Origin: Geosiphon pyriformis uo1 | Taxonomy: Eukaryota; Fungi; Glomeromycota | DNA: 64,000 nt | Assembly: GCA_016748015.1 (NCBI GenBank) | Contig: JAAOMT010000096.1 | Span: 453,087-517,086 of the forward strand | Reading direction: 5' to 3' | In this document: piece by piece, positions 40,091 to 50,392 of the stretch | Numbering within the stretch: position 1 is the stretch's first letter | Layout of the letters: every line of letters begins with the position of its first letter | Notes under the pieces: model-generated | What the model was told of the DNA's origin: nothing | Databases searched by the model: none | The model's input: only the letters and a program-made list of their open reading frames with translations | Made by a program: the position numbers and the translations under genes

Positions 40091-41072
40091 TGTTACCAGA
40101 CGAAATTAGAGATATTGTTTAGCATGAAATTATCCTTATAAATCTTATCATTAATTAACATATATTATCATTTCAAATTATCACTTATTAAATTAGCAAA
40201 ATGTTCGAAATTATTATTTAATTAATAACTCAATTTGTACATAACACAAATGTAACTTAAGTGTGATGATCAAATCATGCAATACCCCGAAATATGTAAC
40301 ATTCAAAAGTTTGCCAAAATTTGTAGAAATTTGCCGAAATAATTGATAGTTTATCGAAATATCTAATAGTTTGCAGAAATAACTTGTAGTTTGCTGAAAT
40401 GTATCTTTAGTTCAGTAAAATTGTAGAAAAGAGCAAAGTTCAAGTTCATGAAATAGTGTTACAACAAGTTGTATAAAAGAAGGGCTTCTCTCTTCAAGAA
40501 AATATATCTTACTTTAGATTTATTACTTAGAACCATTTCTATACACACAAAAAGAAATAAATATCAAATAATTCAAAAAACCAAATTTTTTAATTATTGC
40601 ACTTGGAAAATTCCCAAAACCCAACTAACGTTTTGAAATTGATTAGCTACCAATTTCAGTAAAACTGTTAGTAACTCCAGGCCTAGATAGAAAACATTTC
40701 CCTTGACAGAATTCAATTTCTTTACTTTTCTTTTACTTTTCTTTTATTTTCTTATTATTATCATTAGGGTAGCCTACAGATGAGATTCCTGTAGAAAAGT
40801 TGACTTTCACAGCAAAATAACTACACATTTTTAGTAAGCTTCCAAACAAGCAATTTCTGGGAAAAAGTTAACATTTACTACAACATAACTACATGAAGCA
40901 ACTGGCACAGAATTGGCCATTCCACTTATAAGCCCAGCAGTTCAAATTATAAGAGATAATTTGAAGATAAAAATTCAGTTATCGGAGGTTCAAACACTTT
41001 CCATAGTCATGAATTAACAGCATTACAACAAACATACAAAAGCTAAGAAGAGACCAAAAACCTCCGGTAACA
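40091..41072 (+). repeat. 5' LTR of A-II
   Basis: TGTTACCAG...CCGGTAACA, TATAAAA at ~40472, AATAAA at ~40556. Confidence 0.95.
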
Positions 41073-41117
41073 TTTGGTGCTCTCCCACAGAAACAACACA
41101 ACAAAAACAACTTCAAA

Positions 41118-44100
41118 GTGGCGACCACATCAGATGCAACAACTCTAGAGTATTACCAGTCAATTTACACCCACTGCAAGCAAAGATTCAACATTCCAGA
41201 CGGAATTAAAGTTGTCAAGAAAGCAGTATACCAATACATTGAAAACTGCATCAACAATTATCTTTTTGGAAATTACAATATTTCAGAAGTTAGAAACAAC
41301 CTTTACAATAATTTAGTACACTATTCCCAGTTGGGAACTGAAGACCTTAATAGTAAAACACTTGCCACTTACTTTCAAGAACTTAATTTTAACATTATTA
41401 AGTACTGTAAAGAAACATATTCAGTGCAGTCTTAATACTTTATTGATTTTGAATCAGAGACAGAAACAAGCAACAAAGGCAAACAAAAATTGAAACAATA
41501 CTCAAAAACCATCCCAAATACTCCAATACTACCAAAAACAACTGCCAAACACTTACAAACACCTGAACAAGAAACCAGTTCAAAACTTCCACTTACTATT
41601 ACACCTTTTTCAGCTTCACTTGCACAAGCACAAACACCTAATTCACCCTTAAATTGATTTGCAAGACTAGAAGATTTTACATTATTCAGAAGTCCCACCA
41701 GACAACAAGAACCTCTTCAAACTAGTTCCAATCTCCTTGACTTTCTAGCTAAAAATTGAAGTAAACACTCTGAGACAGCAGCAAATGAAGAAAATAACTC
41801 TGAAATATCTGAAGAAGAATTAATAGACAGTGAAAATGAAGAAGACAAAATGACAGCATAGATTGCAAAAATCCCTGAATTTAATGGAGAAGACATTGAG
41901 ACCAGTCCCCAAGAATGACTCGACCAAGTTACTAAAGCTGGAGATGCAAATAGATGGAATGCTGCCAAAATGTTAAGAACAATTCTTTACTTTCTTAAAG
42001 GAACAGCAGGCGAATGGTTTGAAAACTTGACCACCCCTTTTAATGACTGGACAGCTTTCAAAACTGCCTTCTTAGAACAATTCACTGATAACAACACCTC
42101 AATCACACTTCGAAATTGTTTTCACAATATCAAACAAAAACCCTCCGAATCTGTTATGACTTATATTGGGAAATTCAACAAACTTCTCAGACGAATTCAC
42201 CAACTTGAAACTAATGATTATTATTCTGATGCTCAAATCTTGGATCAATTTATTGCTGGTTTAAAGGATAAACTGATTAAAAAGATTTGCCCACATGCCC
42301 CAGAAGATTTAAACTCTGCTATTTAGCATGCAAAGAGATATGAAATGGCCATGGAAGAAGCCAATCATACAAAACTTGTGAACTTAGCCATTGGAGAGAC
42401 CAGCTCAGCAGTTAAAGAGAAAATTGACCAACTCACAAAGAAAGTCGAAAACTATTTTACCAACTAACAACAACAGCAACCCCAAAGATATCAACCACCC
42501 CAAAGACGAAATCAAAACAACTTCATATTATCCTCTAATAACCAGCCTCAGAATTGCCATTACTGTGGAATCCCTGGCCACTGGAAAAGAGATTGTAGAA
42601 AGCTACAATGAGACCAACAAAACAGGAGTAATCAACGTTACCCTTTGCCACAACAATCTTATTATTAACTACCACTACCACCAGCTTACTATTCACCAAG
42701 ACTGCAATATCAAACCGACTACTATCAACCTGCTCCATAGCCAATACAACAACAGTATCAACAACTCATTCAACATTACCAAGTATCTGCTCGAAGATTG
42801 GTTCAACAAAACCAATTTGCATCACAAAATTGATTCGCAACAAACAACAACAGAATCAACCCAAATAATCAATTAGTTCTCTGAAATCCAGCTTAGCCAA
42901 GACTCACCCATTATCATACTCAACCTAGCTATCTTACAATACCTGAAAAACAGGATTTTTACCATACTGTACTCTCGGAAGGTAGAGCTGCAGCACGACA
43001 ACAAAACCCTTCCTATACTCCTACTACAATTCCACCAGCCAGAATTGTTGAAAATGCCAACCTTTTGAATATATTCCCTTTTGAGTTTGAAGCAAATGAG
43101 TCATAATTCCTGCTTAGCAATGCAGCCACCAATGAACAAAAAGCAATCACTGCTATGTACATTGAAGCAAAAGTCGAAGGAAAGACAATTCACTTGATCC
43201 TAAACAGTGGATCTGCTAAAAGCATCATCACCTATCAGTTAATACAACAGTTAAAGAGAAATGTTGACCAATCAGCTCAAACAGTAATCGTTACTGCTGA
43301 TGGCATGAAAAAGACTCCAGTAGGAGAAATTGACAATTTTCTGTTTACTCTTGATGGAATCACCATTCCAGTCAAAGTTTTTGTAATAGACACTCCTTAG
43401 TATCAAGCTCTTGTCAGAAATAACTGGCTTCAAAAAGCCAATGCAAAATTAGACTGGGAAACCCAAGAACTACAAATCTCTTATCAAGGACAACATGCCC
43501 AAGTATCTGCCACTTGTGGTACATTCAACAAACACTCTGAAAAAGCCCTGGCTTTTGAATTCGAACCAGAAGAAGAAAAACCAATAATTGAAACATTCAT
43601 GGCTCTTGGATCAATGTCCAATTGGGCCGAGGAAACTGAACAAGAACATTTTACTCCACACTCTGAACCTGAAACTCCTGGATGGAATATCCCTTACTCA
43701 AAGCCTAAACCAAGAAAACGATGCCCCTACATTCCCCTTAAATGTAAGGACTGCCACAAGAAACTATCATTAATAGGAGCTTGTATTTCACCTGAGGAAG
43801 AATATAAAAGTCATACCTGCTACTACTGCAAAGCCTGCCATCGAGAACGATGGGACCACTTGATCAAAAGAAGTGAAAAATGGGATAGAACACCCTGTCT
43901 TACTTGTGGAAAGCAGTTTTCTGATGAATGTGATTGGATTGATGTTGTATTTAGAGGAGGAGTCTGTGATCAAACTTGCCAATATGCTCTTTCTATTGCA
44001 GAAAAGGTAAAACATAGAACACCTTTCAATGCTGCATACAATAGTGCCCTCAACAAACTCTATCATTATCCCCATGATGCCGAAATGATCTATGAACTTG

Positions 44101-46736
44101 CCATGGTTTTAATTAACAGAAGAACCAAAGAAGAGGTCTTTCAAATAAAAGAAGCTGAATATATCAAATATATCTTGGAATTAGCTGGATTCGATTATGA
44201 AGATAAAGTAGAAGTATACCATCAAATCACAAGTCACACCTATCTGACCAAAGAAGCTTAAGCTCAATAACTAGAACAAATGAACATTAAATTATGTGAG
44301 AAATGCATAATGCCTTGTGATGAACAATAGTGTCCTGAATGCTATGCTCTTAGCATTCCATTACCTAGTGAAAGTAATGAATATGAAATCAAATTTGGTA
44401 AACCTAAAGCAACAAAAGAAATTGAAACAACACCCGTCTATCTTATTGAAAGTTAGCCTATTTTACAGCTTAAATACTTTAACAACAACAGACAAGGAAT
44501 AAAGCCTGAAAAAGCACATAAAATTGATGCTAGATATGATCTACGATATCCAGGAAAAGACACTTTGGTTCTTCAATCAAATTTTTTTACCAAGATCAAT
44601 CTCAAAATTGCCTTCGAAATTCCACCAGAAGCAATGGTCCAAATTGTTTCACGATCATCATTGGCAAGCAAAGGAATCAATGTTAGAGGAGAAATCATAG
44701 ATGCTGGATATACGAAAGACATTACAATCATGTTACAAAATGAAACCGATAAACTTTTTCAGATTGAACATGCCAAAAAAATTGCTCAAGCTATTTATTT
44801 ACCCTTAATCAACATTTCGGGTTTACAATTAGTCAGTCAAAGAGAACAATTGGGAAAAAGTAAAAGAGAAACCAATGGTTTTGGTTCAATTGGACGATTC
44901 ACAATTCCAGTAAACATAGCTTTTAATAAACAAAGTAAATCTCACCAGATTCTACGACTTTCACAACCAATTACTATTTTATTATTTAGGGAACATCTGG
45001 AAATCTACATCTGCCCAAAGCCAACAACCACACAACAAATTTTTGAAACTAATGAACAAGTTTGCTTGGAACATAATATCTTGATCCCAAACATTTATAT
45101 TCCAGAAGGAACAAAGAAAGTCCAAGTTATTTTTTACAATCCCAACAATTATTCCATAGTTTTATTAAATAACTTAGAAATTGGAGTCATTCACAGTAAT
45201 ATCTTTCAACAAGAACTACCCCAAACAGTTTTCGATTTCTCGGAAATCATTAGATATTCACTACCAAAAATCAACCCAAACTCCAGCTTTGAAAACTACC
45301 ATGTTGTCATGGAAAAACTATCTCGAATCAACATGGGACAACTTGAACCACAACAACAGAACCAGCTCAAAGAGCTAATTGCAGAATTTGCTAATATCTT
45401 TGCCGAAAACAAGAATGACTTAGGAAGAACTGATTTGGTTTAACACGAAATCTATATACAAGATGCCAAACCAAAATGACAACAAGCCTACCGAGTTGCT
45501 CCAAAAAGCCACCAATTTATCAAAGAAGAAGTACAATGAATGCTTAACAATGAGCTTATTCAACCATCAATGAGTCCATGAGCCTTATCTGTGGTCTTAG
45601 TTAAAAAGAAAAATGGAAAGATACGATTTTGTGTTGATTATTGACAACTCAACAGTGTTACCATTGAAGATGCCTATCCTCTTCCCCAAATTAATGACAT
45701 GTTGGATGCTCTTGGAAAGTCCAAATACTTTTCAACATTAGATTTGGAGAGCAGATACTGGCAAGTTGCCATAGATTCCAAAGATCACTCCAAAACAGCA
45801 TTCACCACTTAAGGAAGAAATTATGAGTTCAACGTAATGCCTTTTAGATTATGCAATACACCAGCAATATTCCAAAGACTCATGGATGTTGTTTACAAAA
45901 GCCTCCTTTGGAAATCAGTAGTTGTCTATCTCGATAATACTGATGTTTATTCACCATCTTTTGAATTACACTTAAAACACTTGCGAGAAGTCTTTCAATG
46001 ATTACAAAAAGCAGAATTGAAACTGAACATCAAAAAATACTACTTCAGAAAAACGAGTTTGGTCTTTTTTGGCCACATTGTGAACAAAGATAGAATTAAA
46101 CCAGATCCTGGAAAAATTAGCACTGTCAAAAACTTCAAAACTCCATGAAATACCACAGAATTGAAAGGATTTATTGGATTAGCTTTTTATTACCAAAAAT
46201 TCATCAAAGGATTCTCAGAAATTGCAAAACCCCTCAACCAGCTTACTACTAAAAACGTCGAATACAAATGAATGGAAAAACACCAAAAAGCTTTTGAAAT
46301 TCTTAAGGAAAAGCTGATAATAGCTCCAATTTTCGCCTACTCAGACTTCAGTAACTGATTTTGACTAGCTACAGACACTTCTTACACTGCCTTTGGTGCC
46401 ATTTTATCACAATTAGATAACAATGGAAATGAGCAAGTAATTGCTTATGCTAGCAGAACATTAAAACTAGCTGAGAAAAACTACTCTGCCACAGAACTAG
46501 AAACAGCAGCCGTAATTTGGGCCCTACACCACTTCAACCTTTATCTCAAGCCTAAAGAATTTGATATTATTACTGATAATATTGGACTCAAATGGCTTCA
46601 GAACAAAAACACCCAACTGAATGTAAAACAAATCTGATGAACAGGATTTTTAGCCAACTACCAATACATTGTACACCACAAACTAGGAAAACTCCACACC
46701 AACATTGATTGTCTTTCAAGAATAAGACAAGATTAG
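41118..46736 (+). pseudogene. Single-frame gag-PR-Cys domain-dUTPase-RT-RNaseH polyprotein pseudogene of A-II
   Basis: ORF pieces at 41118, 41970, 43155, 43599, 44565 and the RNase H end all share one frame and are broken by point stops. Motifs: CHYCGIPGHWKRDC, LILNSGS (from DSG), YLDN (from YLDD), NIDCLSR then TAG. Confidence 0.9.
44500..44897 (+). pseudogene. dUTPase domain within pol of A-II
   Basis: The five trimeric dUTPase motifs occur in order: DARYDL, SRSSLA, GEIIDAGYTKDI, KIAQ, KRETNGFGSIG. Confidence 0.9.
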
Positions 46737-46785
46737 AAAATAGAACCAACACCTATTTGAATTAACAGCAACAAAACAACAAACA

Positions 46786-48171
46786 ATGAACCCTGAAAAC
46801 TACAACAATCTTAAACAATATCTGGAGACATTAACAATCCCAACAGATTGATCCCCAAAGGAAAAATGTCAGTTACAACAACAAGCCAAACAATATTTCT
46901 TACACAACAACATTATTTATTATCAAAACTTCAGAATCTCAGACAATCCACTCAAATTAATACAAGAACATGAAAAAGAAACTATTTTATACAACATGCA
47001 CTCAGACCTTTCATCAGCACATCTAGGAAATGACAGCACCACCCAAAGAACACTAGAATATTACTTTTGGCCTCGAATAAGAAAAGACATTCATAAATAC
47101 ATTAAATCTTGTGATAGTTGTCAAAGAAGAAGAGAAACTCGCCATACAGAACCATTAAACCCAATCAAAGTTGGACAGCCTTTTGACCAAGTTGGTATCA
47201 ATTTAGTTGGACCACTACCTATCACAAACCAAGGAAATCATTATATTGCAGTAGCTGTAGACTATCTCACTAAATGGCCCAAAGCCAGAGTCATTCAACG
47301 AGCAGATGCAAAATCAGTAGCAAATTTCATCTATGAAAACATTATCTGTAGACACAAATGTCCAATCAAACTTTTATCCAATCAAGAAACATATTTTGTA
47401 AACAATCTAATTCAAGCAATCTGTGAACAATTCAATGTCAAAAAACCTCTGTCTTCACCCTACAATTCACAGACAAATGGACTCATAGAACGTTTTAACA
47501 GAACATTGTATGAGTCATTAGCCAAAGTCTCAACCGATTTTGAACAAGAATGGAATATCTTTATTCTATCAGTGTTATTAGCATATAGAACATTAAAACA
47601 AGATACCACAAAACACATACCATTTGATTTAACTTACAGAAGGACAGCAATGTTACCAATTAGTTTTATAGTAGAAACATATCCAGCACAACTAATCAAT
47701 AAAAACAATTTTCAGGAAACACTTCAACAAAGAGCCTACACTCTGCTTAGCACATTGGAAGGAAAATGACGAATAGCAGCCACCCATATTGAACACTTCC
47801 AAGCTCAACAAAAAGAACGGCATGACAACAAATTGCCTCCAATCACCAACGAATTTAAAGTTGGAAACAAAGTTCTCTTACACAGAACTAAAGCTAAAAA
47901 ACAATAAAGTGAAAAATTTGAAAATAAATGGAATGGGCCATTCTTTATCCATGAAGTTCTAGGCAATGGATTATACAAGCTAAGACTTGATAACAAAATC
48001 CTAGCAAAAGTTGCACATGGAGATCATTTGAAACACTATAATTCCAGAAACAATCCTGAACTATTAATTCCACAAATTGGTACACATTCTCCTTTAATCA
48101 ATTCTGAAGATATTCTCCGAAATTTAGAACCAATAGTCGTTATTGAACAACCTCCCAACTTGAACACTTAA
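46786..48171 (+). pseudogene. Integrase ORF of A-II (own ATG, +1 frame relative to pol)
   Basis: MNPENYNNLKQYLE..., HSDLSSAH...CDSC, DYLTKWP, QTNGLIERFNRTL, WNGPF. No chromodomain. Confidence 0.9.
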
Positions 48172-48294
48172 CTTAAATTTATTATTATTATAGTTATCTC
48201 CTTATAATTTAGAAACAATCTCACAAAAACAAAGCAAAAATAATAAAAACCCATACACCAAAAATAATTTTCTTTTATTTTCAAATCTTTTATA

Positions 48295-49011
48295 ATGACT
48301 ATTCTTCAAAACATTCAACAATTATCCCAAAAACTAATGTTAGCTTTAAAAACAATACTCGAATTATCTATTACTGTTACTGGAAGCCACATTAATTATA
48401 CCCAAACAGAAGTAGTTACAAATTTAGCCCCAAATTCACGAAAATATCACCCGTATAAGAAGAACACAAGAAGTTATTCTGGAATTTACCTGCCAGAACT
48501 TTTAAAGCTTGCTTTAAGAGAAAACTTAATGTTTACTCCTATTAGTATTCTACTAAATACTACTATTCAACAAAAACTTCAACTGTGTCTTAATGAAGAA
48601 AACTATGACTATACTCCAATATATAGATACTTCTATATTGGAAAAACACTTTATGAATGAAAATGAGAGCTTACAGCAGCAAACCTCACAAAAGAAGCTA
48701 TTTGGAAACAACTCCACAACAAATTCAAGACAACAGCTGGACCTACAAACAGTTATTATAAACTAAGAGCTGCTTTTAGACTTTATGACCTATTCTACAC
48801 CTGTGAAAACGTTCTACAAAACCCAATTTTACAGTCTTTGAAGATTCAATACATTGGAAAACTCACAGAACTGAAATTTCAACAATTTTCAGACCAAATT
48901 TCTTCAATAATTTTGGATTATTATCTAGAAATTACAGACAGTACTTGGACTTCGATGGAGCTCAGTTTTGAGGAGATTATGTTACCAGACAAAATTAGAG
49001 ATATTGTTTAG
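48295..49011 (+). pseudogene. Accessory ORF3 of A-II (238 codons with two TGA stops, probably from CGA)
   Basis: The frame continues past 48660 (...LRAAFRLYDLF...IQYIGKLTELKFQQF...SMELSFEEIMLPDKIRDIV*) through the PPT into the LTR. The homologous tail is at 38618-38771. Confidence 0.75.
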
Positions 49012-49961
49012 CATGAAATTATCTTTATAAATCTTATTATTAATTAGCATATATTATCGTTTCAAATTATTACTTATTAAATTAGCAAAATGTCCGAAAT
49101 TATTATTTAATTAATAACCCAATTTGTACATAACACAAATGTAACTTAAGTGCGATGATCAAATCATGCAATACCCTGAAATATGTAACATTCAAAAGTT
49201 TGCTGAAATTTGTAGAAATTCACCGAAATAATTGATAGTTCACCAAAATATCTAATAGTTCACAGAAATAACTTGTAGTTTGCTGAAATGTATCTTTAGT
49301 TCAATAAAATTGTAGAAAAGAGCAAAGTTTAAGTTCATGGAATAGTGTTACAATAAGTTGTATAAAAGAAGGACTTTTCTCTTCAAGAAAATATATCTTA
49401 TTTTAGATTTATTACTTAAAACCATTTCTATACACACAAAAAGAAATAAATATCAAATAATTCAAAAAACCAAATTCTTTAATTATTGTACTTGGAAAAT
49501 CCCCAAAACCCAACTAACGTTTTAAAATTGATTAGCTACCAATTTCAGTAAAACTGTTAGTGATTCCAGGCCTGGATAGAAAACATTTCCCTTAACAGAA
49601 TTCAATTTCTTTACTTTTCTTTTACTTTTCTTTTATTTTCTTATTATTATCATTAAAGTAGCCTACAGACAAGATTTCTGTAGAAGAGTTGACTTTTACA
49701 GCAAAGTAACTACACATTTTTAGTAAGCTTCTAGACGAGCAATTTCTGGGAAAGAGTTGATGTTTACTACAACATAACTACATGAAGCAACTGGCACAGA
49801 ATTGGCTATTCCACTTATAAGTCCAGCAGTTCAAATTATAAGAGATAATTTGAAGATAAAAATTCAGTTATTGGAGGTTCAAACACTTCCCATAGTCATG
49901 AATTAACAGCATTACAACAAACATACAAAAACTAAGAAGAGACCAAAAACTTCTGGTAACA
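48980..49961 (+). repeat. 3' LTR of A-II
   Basis: Same length as the 5' LTR, and the differences inspected are transitions. Confidence 0.95.
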
Positions 49962-50392
49962 TTGGCATAGATGGTTGTCAGTCTGCTTTTATCTGCTTTT
50001 GATAAGCTTTTATAAGTTAAGTCACTTTTTACTCATAATATAGCTCAATAATATATAATCTGAAATTCTATACTTTACATATTTAGCCAAATTTAGACAG
50101 AACCAATACAAATTATTACTTTTTAGAATTGGTATAATTCTTATAACAATTTTCAATACTTCAACAGAATTAAAACAGATTATTGCACATCTAGCTTAAA
50201 TATACATAAATAAATAACAATCTATAACACATGTTTTTCCACTTACAAAACCAATAAAATTCCAAATATCATAAATATTTGTTTCTATTGGGAATATCTA
50301 AAGTAATACTCTATTCTTGTTTCTTGTATCCCAAAATTTATTGTTAATGTTAGTTTTGGCTATATATATTGTATTCTTTTCAATTAAAACAG

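Larger units (their letters stand above)
40091..49961 (+). mobile_element. Structurally complete Ty3/Gypsy family A copy II (9871 bp)
   Basis: Two 982-bp LTRs, perfect TSD TTGG (40087-40090 / 49962-49965), PBS TGGTGCTCTC at 41075, short PPT GAGGAGA before 48980. Confidence 0.95.

Noticed and set aside
27620-44075. Antisense ORFs such as 28652-28912, 35643-35999, 41432-41698 and 43788-44075
   Set aside because: They are shadows of gag/pol on the opposite strand with no independent motifs.
47900-48171. Chromodomain at the integrase C-terminus
   Set aside because: After the GPF module the protein ends in a short PIVVIE tail with no YLVKW-type motif.
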